Origin: Occultella glacieicola
Lineage (GTDB): Bacteria; Actinomycetota; Actinomycetes; Actinomycetales; Beutenbergiaceae
Assembly: GCF_004353825.1 (NCBI RefSeq)
Contig: NZ_SMNA01000003.1
Coordinates: 62,001 to 126,000 of the forward strand
Length of the DNA: 64,000 nt
Direction: 5' to 3'
The position numbers and the translations under genes are program-made. This document shows positions 8,878-17,497 of this stretch, piece after piece (the first letter of the stretch is position 1; every line of letters starts with the position of its first letter). A model generated the notes under the pieces. The model was not told the origin of the DNA. It was given only the letters and a program-made list of their open reading frames with translations, and searched no databases.

Positions 8878-11238
8878 ATGTCCGGCCAAGACACCCCATT
8901 CGAACTCAAGGTGGACCGGGACACCTATCCCCGTCCGGAGTACCGGTTCCCGAACGTGGACATCGGGACCTACGCGCAGGACTCGACGGCCGACTTCCCG
9001 CCGCCGCAGGGCGCACCCGAGGGCGCACCGAACATCGTCATCGTGCTGATGGACGACGTCGGCTACGGGCTGGCCAGCACGTTCGGTGGGCTGATCGAGA
9101 CGCCGACGTTCGACCGGCTCGCCGACGACGGGTTGCGCTACTGCCAGTTCCACACCACTGCGCTGTGCGCTCCGACCCGGGCCGCCCTGCTCACCGGCCG
9201 CAACCACCACACGGCGGCCAGTGGGGTCATCGGGGAGCAGGCGACCGGCTTCCCGGGCTACACGGGGATCATCCCGAGGAGTTGCGGGACGTTCGCCGAG
9301 ATCCTCTCCCAGAACGGCTACGCGACCGGCTGGTGGGGCAAGAACCACAACGTCCCGGACAACATGACCAGCTCCGCCGGCCCCTTCGACAACTGGCCGA
9401 CGAACATGGGCTTCGACTACTTCTACGGCTTCATCGCCGGTGAGACCGACCAGTTCTATCCGCAGCTCACCCGCAACACCACACCCGTGGAGCCGCCGAA
9501 GTCGCCGGAGGAGGGCTACCACCTCACCGAGGATCTCGCCGACGACTGCATCGGCTGGATGCGGACGCAGAAGGCGATCGCCCCCGACCGCCCGTTCCTG
9601 ACCTACTTCGCCCCCGGCGCCATGCACGCGCCGCACCACCCGCCGCTGGACTGGCGCGGCCGGCACGAGGGCAAGTTCGACTTCGGCTGGGACTCCTACC
9701 GGGCCCGCGTCTACCAGCGCCAACTGGAACTGGGCGTGATCCCGCCCGGGACCGACCTGACCGAGCGGCACGCCGAGATCCCCGCCTGGGACGACCATAC
9801 CGAGGACGAGAAACGCCTGTTCCGGCGCCAGTTCGAGAACTACGCGGACTACCTGGCGGCCACCGACCACCAGATCGGCCGGCTCGTCGACGAACTGGAG
9901 GCCATGGGCGAACTCGACAACACGCTCTTCCTCTACATCATGGGCGACAACGGCACCTCCGCCGAAGGCACCCTGATCGGCACCTTCAACGAGATCCACA
10001 CGCTCAACGGCTACCAGGAGCGGATCGAGGACCTGCTCCCCCACATCGACGAATGGGGGCTGCCCGGGTCGTCCCCGCACATGGCGGTCGGGTGGGCCCA
10101 CGCCGGCGACACACCGTTCCAGTGGACGAAGCAGATCGCCTCCCACTTCGGGGGCACCCGGAACGGCATGGTCGTGCACTGGCCCGCCCGGCTCGCCGAG
10201 CGGCGGGCCACCCGGTATCAGTTCCACCATGTGATCGACGTGGCCCCGACGATCCTTGAAGCCATCGGCATCAGTGAGCCCTCGATGCTGAACGGCATCC
10301 CGCAGAAGCCGATGGACGGCACCTCCTTCGCCTACACCTTCGCCGGCGACCCGGCGCAGAGCCGGCACCGGACGCAGTACTTCGAGATGTACGGCAACCG
10401 CGGCATCTACCACGACGGGTGGATGGCATCCTGCCGACACGGCCGGCTGCCCTGGATCAACGCGGGATCGTTCTCCTGGGACGACGACACCTGGGAGCTC
10501 TACAACATCGCCGACGACTTCTCGCAGGCCCATGACCTGGCCACCGAGCACCCGGAGAAGTTGGCGGAGCTGCAGACCCTGTTCACCGTCGAGGCCGCCA
10601 AGCACGACGTGCTCCCGCTCGACGACCGGTTCGCCGAACGGCTGGACGTGCGCCTGCGACCCAGTTACTTCTTCGGGCGCACCCACGTGAGTTTCCCGCC
10701 CGGGATGCCCAGGTTGCCCGAGGGCAGCGGGCCGAAGCTCAACAACGTGGACCACACGGTCACCGTTCCGGTCACGATCCCCGACGACGGCGCGGAGGGC
10801 GTCCTGTTCCACGTGGGCGGCGACACGGCCGGCTGGGCGCTGTTCGTGCGCGACGGCAAGCTCGTCTACCACTACAACTTCTTCAACCTCGAGCGGTACG
10901 AGGTGGTCTCCGACGTCGACGTGCCGCGGGGCCGGACCACCCTCGGCTTCACCTTCCGCTCCCTGCAGGCCGTGCCGGGCGGGCCGGCGGAGCTGGACCT
11001 GACCATCGATGGCGCGATCGTCGGCCACCTGAACATCCCCCAACAGGTCCGCGCCAGGTTCGGGGTGGAGAGCATGACGGTGGGCATCAACAGCGGGTCC
11101 CCCGTGGTCGAGTCCTACCGGGATCGACGCGGCTTCCCGTTCACCGGCCAGATCGACCGGGTCGACATCGAGTTCACGTCCGCAGCCGCGGACATCCCTC
11201 CGGAGGAGAAGGTCCAGCAGCACATCGCGATGGACTGA
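8878..11238 (+). CDS. Arylsulfatase (formylglycine-dependent, AtsA/AtsD-like)
   Basis: PNIVIVLMDDVGYG, CAPTRAALLTGR (CxPxR), GKNH, GDNG, ELYNIADD. Confidence 0.95.
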   Translation: MSGQDTPFELKVDRDTYPRPEYRFPNVDIGTYAQDSTADFPPPQGAPEGAPNIVIVLMDDVGYGLASTFGGLIETPTFDRLADDGLRYCQFHTTALCAPTRAALLTGRNHHTAASGVIGEQATGFPGYTGIIPRSCGTFAEILSQNGYATGWWGKNHNVPDNMTSSAGPFDNWPTNMGFDYFYGFIAGETDQFYPQLTRNTTPVEPPKSPEEGYHLTEDLADDCIGWMRTQKAIAPDRPFLTYFAPGAMHAPHHPPLDWRGRHEGKFDFGWDSYRARVYQRQLELGVIPPGTDLTERHAEIPAWDDHTEDEKRLFRRQFENYADYLAATDHQIGRLVDELEAMGELDNTLFLYIMGDNGTSAEGTLIGTFNEIHTLNGYQERIEDLLPHIDEWGLPGSSPHMAVGWAHAGDTPFQWTKQIASHFGGTRNGMVVHWPARLAERRATRYQFHHVIDVAPTILEAIGISEPSMLNGIPQKPMDGTSFAYTFAGDPAQSRHRTQYFEMYGNRGIYHDGWMASCRHGRLPWINAGSFSWDDDTWELYNIADDFSQAHDLATEHPEKLAELQTLFTVEAAKHDVLPLDDRFAERLDVRLRPSYFFGRTHVSFPPGMPRLPEGSGPKLNNVDHTVTVPVTIPDDGAEGVLFHVGGDTAGWALFVRDGKLVYHYNFFNLERYEVVSDVDVPRGRTTLGFTFRSLQAVPGGPAELDLTIDGAIVGHLNIPQQVRARFGVESMTVGINSGSPVVESYRDRRGFPFTGQIDRVDIEFTSAAADIPPEEKVQQHIAMD

Positions 11239-11306
11239 TCCCGGAGGCCGGTCCCGCACGGAGCGGGTGATCTCCGCTCGCCCGGTGGGGGGCCTGTGCG
11301 CACCCC

Positions 11307-11324
11307 GTGCCATTGGTCATGGGT
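11307..11324 (+). repeat. Right copy of the 18-bp direct repeat, inside the ABC exporter promoter region
   Basis: GTGCCATTGGTCATGGGT, followed by a further inverted repeat GTGCCGTCCGGCAC at 11332-11345. Confidence 0.7.
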
Positions 11325-11400
11325 CGGATCGGTGCCGTCCGGCACATCCGCCCGCTGCCGTCGATTCCTAGCGTGGTGATCGGTCGAAAGGAGACTGATC

Positions 11401-12129
11401 ATGACCGTGCTGGAGATGCGCGACGTGCGCAAGACCTACCCCGGGGTGGATGCCCTGGCCGGGCTCGACGTGGGCGTCGCCCGGGGAGAGATCGTGGCGC
11501 TGCTCGGGCCGAACGGGGCCGGCAAGACCACGACGTTCGAACTGTTGCTCGGTCTGGTCCGGCCCACGTCCGGGACCGTGCGCGTGTTCGGCCAGGAACC
11601 GGGTGGGCGGGTCCGGACCCGGATCGGGGCCATGCTGCAGGCCGCCGGACTCCCGGACCAGCTGCAGGTACGCGAGCTCGTCCGGCTCGTGGGACGCGGC
11701 TACCCGAGCGCGCTGCCGGTGGCGGAGGTCCTCTCCCGAACCTCGCTGACGAAGCGGGCCACCCGGGCCGTGAAGTCGCTCTCCGGCGGCGAGCGGCAGC
11801 GGCTGCTGCTCGCGCTCGCGCTGGTCGGCACCCCCGAACTGCTGCTGCTCGACGAGCCGACGGCGGCCATGGACGTGGCCTCCCGCCGCACCTTCTGGGA
11901 CCAGGCCCGGGCCAGCGTCGCCGGCGGTGCCACCATCCTGTTCGCCACCCATGACCTGACCGAGGCGGCCGCCGTCGCCGACCGGGTCGTGGTCGTCGCG
12001 GACGGTCGCGTGGTCGCCGACACCACCCCGGACGCCCTCACCCACCACGGCGACGACGACCTCGAGGAGGTCTTCCTCGCCCTGACCAACGAGAGTTCCA
12101 CCGCCGCCGGAGAAGGAGACGACCGATGA
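11401..12129 (+). CDS. ABC exporter ATP-binding protein
   Basis: GPNGAGKTT, LSGGERQR, LLLDEPT; AAGGAG RBS. Confidence 0.95.
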   Translation: MTVLEMRDVRKTYPGVDALAGLDVGVARGEIVALLGPNGAGKTTTFELLLGLVRPTSGTVRVFGQEPGGRVRTRIGAMLQAAGLPDQLQVRELVRLVGRGYPSALPVAEVLSRTSLTKRATRAVKSLSGGERQRLLLALALVGTPELLLLDEPTAAMDVASRRTFWDQARASVAGGATILFATHDLTEAAAVADRVVVVADGRVVADTTPDALTHHGDDDLEEVFLALTNESSTAAGEGDDR

Positions 12130-12968
12130 CCGCCACCCGAGAGACCAAGGCGGCCTCCGCCGTCGGGCAGGTCCGCCAGGGCGGCGCCCTGGGACTGATC
12201 GCCGTGAGCGCGGTCACCGAGGTGCGCTCGAAGCTGCGCACCCCCGAGTTCGCCGTCGGGGCCATCGCGATCCCGGTGCTGCTCTACGCCATGTTCGGGC
12301 TACCGAACGCCGGCGTGCTCCCCGGTGGGACCACCGTGCGGACGGCGTTCGTGGTCTCCATGGCCGCGTACGGTGTGATCTCGCTCGCGATCTTCACGTT
12401 CGGCGAGGACGTCGCCAAGGACCGCGGTCAGGGCTGGCTGCGCACGCTGCGGGCCACGCCCGTGCCGGTCTGGACCTACCTGGTCGGCAAGGTCGCCAGC
12501 GCGGTGGTCCTGGCCGCGCTGATCGTCGCGGCCATCGGTGTGCTCGCGGCGACCGCCGGGGGCGTGCGCCTGGATGCGGGAACCTGGGTCGCGCTCGCGG
12601 CCCTGATGATCGCCGGCGTGCTCCTGTTCGCTCCGCTCGGGTTCGCGATCGCGTTCCTGGTGCGACCGCGGGCGGCGGCCGTGATCTCGAACCTGATCTT
12701 CCTGCCGCTGGCGTTCGCGTCCGGCTTCTTCATGCCGCTGTCCGAACTGCCGGAGGTGCTCGGCGACATCGCCCGGTACCTGCCGACGTTCCACTACGGT
12801 CAGCTCGCCTACGCCGTGGTGATGCCGGCCGAGGACATCACGTACTGGACCGGGGTCGCCACCAGCCCGGCCTGGGTGCACCTGCTCTGGGTGTTCGGCA
12901 GCGCCGTGGTCCTCGGCGCGGCCGCCCTGATCGCGGCCCGCCGAGAGGCGGTCACGGCCAGGGGCTGA
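12126..12968 (+). CDS. ABC-2 type permease
   Basis: About six hydrophobic segments, WLRTLRATP and SGFFMP motifs; ATGA overlap with the ATPase gene. Confidence 0.92.
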   Translation: MTATRETKAASAVGQVRQGGALGLIAVSAVTEVRSKLRTPEFAVGAIAIPVLLYAMFGLPNAGVLPGGTTVRTAFVVSMAAYGVISLAIFTFGEDVAKDRGQGWLRTLRATPVPVWTYLVGKVASAVVLAALIVAAIGVLAATAGGVRLDAGTWVALAALMIAGVLLFAPLGFAIAFLVRPRAAAVISNLIFLPLAFASGFFMPLSELPEVLGDIARYLPTFHYGQLAYAVVMPAEDITYWTGVATSPAWVHLLWVFGSAVVLGAAALIAARREAVTARG

Positions 12969-13002
12969 GGGGGCATCGCGCGAGCCGGTGCACAATGGGC
13001 CG

Positions 13003-13278
13003 ATGGACGCACCGGTCGCGCGACGCCTAGTGATCCGCGGCCTGGTTCAGGGCGTCGGGTTCCGCTACCGGTGCGTGCGTGCGGCCACGGAGGCAGGCGC
13101 CACCGGCTGGGTCCGCAATCGCACCGACGGCTCGGTCGAGGCCCACGTCGAGGGCCCGACGGCCGCCGTCGAGAACGTGCTCGCCTGGGCTCGGGTCGGG
13201 CCCGGCCCGGCCCGGGTGGACGCGGTCGAGGTCCGTGCGGTCGCTCCGGAGGGCCACCGCGAGTTCACGGTCCGGTGA
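13003..13278 (+). CDS. acyP: Acylphosphatase
   Basis: GLVQGVGFR and GWVRNRTDGSVE signatures; CACAAT 6 nt before the ATG. Confidence 0.93.
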   Translation: MDAPVARRLVIRGLVQGVGFRYRCVRAATEAGATGWVRNRTDGSVEAHVEGPTAAVENVLAWARVGPGPARVDAVEVRAVAPEGHREFTVR

Positions 13279-13654
13279 CGGGCGCGGCCGGTGGTGGCCC
13301 CGGGCCGTCGGGATGGGTCAGGTCGTAGGCGCGGGAGACCTTCTGCGGGACGACCATGCGCCAGGCATCGACCACCAACTCGCGAGCCTCCGTCGGGTCC
13401 AGCTCGGCGAGGCGGGCGTGGACCCAGTGGAACCGCATGTCCGAGGCGGACGGCAACGCGAACTTGTCTGGCTCTCCGCCGACGAGGGCTGCCCGCTCAT
13501 CCCGGGGGAACGCGAACTCCATCACGACCTCGTCGAGCGAGAACGCCACGTAGACGATCTGCCCGACTCGGAACTTCAGCCGTCCCCGGACGTGGACCTC
13601 GTACGAGCGCTCCAGTTCGGTGCCCAGTGGACGAACATCCTCGACCTCAGCCAT
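13265..13654 (-). CDS. MmcQ/YjbR-family protein
   Basis: MAEVEDVR..KFRVGQIVYVAFS..ELVVDAWRMVVP, the C-terminal part of ORF 13265..15130; GGAG RBS. Confidence 0.85.
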   Translation of the reverse strand: MAEVEDVRPLGTELERSYEVHVRGRLKFRVGQIVYVAFSLDEVVMEFAFPRDERAALVGGEPDKFALPSASDMRFHWVHARLAELDPTEARELVVDAWRMVVPQKVSRAYDLTHPDGPGPPPAAPVTGP

Positions 13655-13740
13655 CTCACTCCTCGCCTGGTGTACCTGGATGGACCGTGGCGGGGGACCG
13701 GACTCATCGGGACCGCGCGAACGCGCCGGGCCGGGGTCCG

Positions 13741-14946
13741 TCAGGCGTCGGCGGCGGTGAGCTCGGTCGCTTCGGCCACGCTGTGCGGCCGTTCGGCCTC
13801 GTCGTCGACGTGGGCGAGCGTCCGGCGGCCCGCGGTGATGAGCACGGCTGCGGCGGTGACCGCCACGGCACCGACCCAGAACGGCAGGTGCACGCTGAGG
13901 TTCTCGCCCAGGTAGCCGGCGAGCCACGGTGCCACGGCTCCCCCGGCGAACCGGACGAAGCTGTAGGCGGCCGAGGCCACGCCGCGCTCCACGGGCGCCG
14001 CCTTCATCACGGTCTCGGTGATCAGGGTGTTGTTGACGCCGAGGCAGGCGCCGGCGAGGATCACGCCGATCGCCAGGGCCAGTTTGGAGTCCGTGAGGAT
14101 CGCCATCATGGCGAGGATCACTGCGAACGCGCCGAGCGCCCACGTGATCGGGCGGAGCGTGCCGAACCGGGCTTGCAGTCGCGGCGCGACGAGCACCGAG
14201 GTGATCGCCAGGAACGCACCCCAGCCGAAGAAGATCAGGCCGATCTGGAAGGCGCCGAGGTCGAGCGGGAACGGGGTGAACGCGAGCAGCGTGAAGAACC
14301 CGAAGTTGTACAGCAGGGCGGTCAGTCCGGTGATCAGCAGCCCCCGGTGACGCAGCGCCCTGAGCGGTTCGAGCACCGAGGTCGTCCGCTCTGCCTTCGG
14401 GGTGGCGGGCACCAGGAGGAAGGTGGCGATCAGGGCGATCGCCATCAGCACGGACACGCCGTAGAAGGGTCCGCGCCACGAGATGTGCCCGAGCAGGCCA
14501 CCGATGAGCGGTCCGATCGCGATGCCGACGCCGAGAGCGGCCTCGTAGAGGATGATCGCCTGCCCGACCGATCCCTTCGCGGACCTGACGATGGCGGCGA
14601 GCGCGGTCGCGACGAACAGGGCGTTGCCCAGGCCCCACACGGCGCGCCAGGCGATGATCCCGCTCACGGAGTCCTGGGAGCCGGCCATCCCGGCGCCGAC
14701 GATGATGATGGCCAGGCCGATCAGCATCGTGGTCTTGGCACCCAGCCGGCTCGAGACTGCGCCGGTGACCAGCATCGCCAGGCCCATCACGGCCATGTAG
14801 CTGGTGAACAGCAGCGACACCTGCGACGGGGTGGCACCGAGCTCGTCGGCGATCGGCTTGAGGATCGGGTCCACGAGCCCGATGCCCATGAACGCGATCA
14901 CGCTCGCGAATGCGATCGCCAGGACGGATCTGGGTTGACGCAGCAT
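13741..14946 (-). CDS. MFS transporter
   Basis: About 12 TM helices, SSRLGAK loop, GIAIGPLIGG motif C; AAGGAG RBS. Confidence 0.92.
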   Translation of the reverse strand: MLRQPRSVLAIAFASVIAFMGIGLVDPILKPIADELGATPSQVSLLFTSYMAVMGLAMLVTGAVSSRLGAKTTMLIGLAIIIVGAGMAGSQDSVSGIIAWRAVWGLGNALFVATALAAIVRSAKGSVGQAIILYEAALGVGIAIGPLIGGLLGHISWRGPFYGVSVLMAIALIATFLLVPATPKAERTTSVLEPLRALRHRGLLITGLTALLYNFGFFTLLAFTPFPLDLGAFQIGLIFFGWGAFLAITSVLVAPRLQARFGTLRPITWALGAFAVILAMMAILTDSKLALAIGVILAGACLGVNNTLITETVMKAAPVERGVASAAYSFVRFAGGAVAPWLAGYLGENLSVHLPFWVGAVAVTAAAVLITAGRRTLAHVDDEAERPHSVAEATELTAADA

Positions 14947-14990
14947 GGTTCTCCTTGCTCGCCCGCGGCGTCCGCGGGATCGTGCCGGCC

Positions 14991-15443
14991 TCAGGCGGGG
15001 TCGGTGGGTGCGTGCGCCGGCGTGACCGCCGGCAGTTCGACGAGCCGACGCATGACGGCGACGCCCGCCTCGAGCGCGGCCCGTTCGCTTTCGCTGAGCT
15101 CGGCCAGGGACGGCTCGAGGGCCCGTTCACGGGCCCGGCGCACCTCGCGCAGGGCGACGCGACCCTGCTCGCTGAGTTCGACGAGCGCGGCGCGACCGTC
15201 GGTCGGGTCCGCGGTCCGCGTGACCCAGCCGAGTTCCTCGACCCGCTGCACCTGCGCCGTCATCGTCGGCTGGCTGCACCGGTCGGCGCGGGCCAGGTCG
15301 CTGATCCGGGCCGGGCCGGTGCGTTCGACGAGGGCGAGCAGCCGGGCCTGTGCGGCCGGGACGTCGAACTCCGCGCGGGCGGTGGCCCAGCGGTTCAGCA
15401 ACGCCACCGCGGCCAGCAGGTCGGGTCCGAGATTCGTGCTCAC
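14991..15443 (-). CDS. MarR-family regulator
   Basis: RISDLARADRCSQPTMT HTH and DPTDGR wing. Confidence 0.92.
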   Translation of the reverse strand: MSTNLGPDLLAAVALLNRWATARAEFDVPAAQARLLALVERTGPARISDLARADRCSQPTMTAQVQRVEELGWVTRTADPTDGRAALVELSEQGRVALREVRRARERALEPSLAELSESERAALEAGVAVMRRLVELPAVTPAHAPTDPA

Positions 15444-15452
15444 GTGCCACCA

Positions 15453-15477
15453 ACATACATAGGCATCCTATGTATGT
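15453..15477. promoter_or_regulatory. Perfect palindromic operator upstream of marR-MFS
   Basis: ACATACATAGG-CAT-CCTATGTATGT: 11-bp perfect arms, AT-rich against a high-GC background, 10 nt from the MarR start. Confidence 0.8.
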
Positions 15478-15489
15478 CCACCGCCCGAG

Positions 15490-16485
15490 TCATCGGTCGA
15501 CGTCGGAGCGTGTGCCCACGGCCCCCTCGAGTCGGCCGATGATGGCGCGGCACCGGTCCAGGAACTCGGGCGGGCCGAGGATGTGGAACTCGGTCTCCAG
15601 GCCGAGCAGGTAGCCGAGGAAGCCCTCCACGTCGTCCCAACCGGCGCGCAGGATGCTCCACCCGCCCGCCGCGCCGTCCGGCGGGTCGGGGTCGACCTCG
15701 AGCTGCCCGGCGGTCGGCGCGACCCGGCCGGCCAGCGCCGCCGGGCCCCCACGCAGCCGGACGGTCACGTCGTACCGGTAGGGCGACCGGGTGATGGCTT
15801 CCTGCACGTAGGCGGCGGCGTCGGCGGCCGGGAGCGGGCGCGGCGTGTACCGGGCGCGCTCGCTGGGCCTGGTGCGGATCCGGTCCACGCGGAACGTCCG
15901 CCAGTCGGTGCGGACCGTGTCCCACGCGACCAGGTACCAGCGCTGCCCGGCGTCGACGAGCTGGTACGGCTCGACCAGCCGCCGGATCCGTTGCTCGTCG
16001 GCCCGCTCGTACTCGAAGGCGAGTTGCCGGCGCGAGGCGATGGCACCCGAGATCTCGGTCAGGTACGACGGGTCGACGGCGTCGGTCGCCCCACCGAGTC
16101 GGGTCACCGCCGCCTTCAGAGACGTGAACCGGCTGCGCAACCGGGCCGGGAGCACCTGCTCCAACTTGGTCAGGGCCCGCACCGAGCCCTCGGCGACGCC
16201 GGCCACCGGGCTGGCGGCCACGGCGGCCAGCCCGAGGGCCACCGCGAGCGCCTCGTCGTTGTCCAGCAACAACGGTGGCAACTGTGCGCCGGGCCCGAGC
16301 TGGTACCCGCCGGCCACCCCGGCGGTGGCCCGGATCGGGTAGCCGAGCTCGCGCAGCTTGTCGATGTCGCGGCGCACGGTCCGGTCCGTGACCCCCATCC
16401 GCTCGGCCAGTGCGGCGCCGGTCCACTCGCGCCGGATCTGCAGCAGCGAGAGCAGCTGCAGCAACCGCGCGGTCGAGGACATCAT
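15490..16485 (-). CDS. YafY-like HTH-WYL transcriptional regulator
   Basis: RLLQLLSLLQ, RTVRRDIDKLRELGY, GGYQL, RRLVEPY..RWYLVAWD..DWRTFRVDRI. Confidence 0.95.
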   Translation of the reverse strand: MMSSTARLLQLLSLLQIRREWTGAALAERMGVTDRTVRRDIDKLRELGYPIRATAGVAGGYQLGPGAQLPPLLLDNDEALAVALGLAAVAASPVAGVAEGSVRALTKLEQVLPARLRSRFTSLKAAVTRLGGATDAVDPSYLTEISGAIASRRQLAFEYERADEQRIRRLVEPYQLVDAGQRWYLVAWDTVRTDWRTFRVDRIRTRPSERARYTPRPLPAADAAAYVQEAITRSPYRYDVTVRLRGGPAALAGRVAPTAGQLEVDPDPPDGAAGGWSILRAGWDDVEGFLGYLLGLETEFHILGPPEFLDRCRAIIGRLEGAVGTRSDVDR

Positions 16486-16509
16486 GCGGCCATCGTAGAC
16501 GGGGATCTA

Positions 16510-16524
16510 GGACGGGAACTGTCC
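16510..16524. promoter_or_regulatory. Putative operator of the WYL regulator
   Basis: GGACGGGAACTGTCC (GGAC-N7-GTCC) in the 95-bp divergent intergenic region. Confidence 0.5.
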
Positions 16525-16580
16525 GTGATCGGAGGGACACTTGCAGGGCAGCAGGATCCAGTCGGACAGGCAGGAAGAAG

Positions 16581-16829
16581 ATGACCGAGATGACGCAGTA
16601 CACGGGCTTCCAAACTCAGGCGTTCTGGCCGTCGCGCGTCGAGGCCAACCGGGCCGACGCCGTCGCACGCGGGCCACGCAACACCCTGGCGGTCCGGTTC
16701 GGACGGGCCCTTGTGCGCCTGGGTACCGGCCGGCGCGGCCAGGCCCAGCGCCGGCTCCACCTGGATGCCGCCGAGGAGCGGATCGGCACCCTGGCCGCAC
16801 TGAGGGCGTCCGGCATCCCGCCGCTCTGA
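16581..16829 (+). CDS. Small hypothetical protein (82 aa)
   Basis: MTEMTQYTGFQ..LAVRFGRALVRLG; purine-rich AGGAAGAAG upstream of the ATG. Confidence 0.6.
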   Translation: MTEMTQYTGFQTQAFWPSRVEANRADAVARGPRNTLAVRFGRALVRLGTGRRGQAQRRLHLDAAEERIGTLAALRASGIPPL

Positions 16830-16888
16830 AGCGGCACACCGACACCGCCGAGTGGACCCGAGCGGACACTGAGAGGACACCGAGCCAC

Positions 16889-17131
16889 ATGCACCCCTTC
16901 GCCCCGATCGCCGCGACCCGCCACGACGAACTGCTCGCCGACGTCGCGCGCCGGCGGCTCCTGGCCGAGAACCCCGACCGCGAAGTCCCCGCCCCTTGGC
17001 GCGTGACGGTCCGCCGGATCGCGGCGGCCTTCAGGCGCCGGCTGCCCCGTGCCTCGAGGAACGCCGCTCCCGTCGGCGAACAGTCCGCCATGGCCACATG
17101 TGAGCAGGACCTGTTCACCACGGCCGGGTGA
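16889..17131 (+). CDS. Small hypothetical protein (80 aa), paralogue of 17156..17464
   Basis: MHPFAPIAATRHDELLADVARRRLLAENPD; GAGAGGA upstream. Confidence 0.7.
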   Translation: MHPFAPIAATRHDELLADVARRRLLAENPDREVPAPWRVTVRRIAAAFRRRLPRASRNAAPVGEQSAMATCEQDLFTTAG

Positions 17132-17155
17132 AGAACCGCAGAGGAGGACAGACCC

Positions 17156-17464
17156 ATGGGACACCGACCGGAACACCCCTTGGCCCTGATCGCCCGCATC
17201 CACCACGACGAGGCCGTGACCGCGGCCGAGCGTCGACGCCACCTGGCCGCGCACCCCGACCAGGTGGTCCCGCCGCGGTGGCTCGTCACGCTGCGCCGGC
17301 TCACGGCGGCGGTCCGGACCGGGCTCGAGCGCCGTGGGGCGCGGGGCGTGGGCGCCGGCGGCGCACGCACCGAGACCCGCACGGCGACCGCGGCCGCGAC
17401 CCGCAGTGGCGCCGCGAGCGCTGCCGGCGCCGAAGAGTGCGCCGGCGCAGCCTGCCGGGCGTGA
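17156..17464 (+). CDS. Small hypothetical protein (102 aa), paralogue of 16889..17131
   Basis: EHPLALIARIHHDEAVTAAERRRHLAAHPD; strong GAGGAGG RBS. Confidence 0.72.
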   Translation: MGHRPEHPLALIARIHHDEAVTAAERRRHLAAHPDQVVPPRWLVTLRRLTAAVRTGLERRGARGVGAGGARTETRTATAAATRSGAASAAGAEECAGAACRA

Positions 17465-17497
17465 CCTCCGCGGCTCGCCGGGCCCGATCTCCGTGGG

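Noticed and set aside
8731..11313. 1231-aa giant sensor kinase (ORF 7618..11313)
   Set aside because: The N-terminal ~860 aa are the antisense frame of the arylsulfatase. The real kinase starts at 8730 after a -10 box.
13291..15462. Long plus-strand ORF (likewise 51829..54015, 3919..5550, 61905..63659)
   Set aside because: Antisense shadows of well-supported genes, expected at this GC content.
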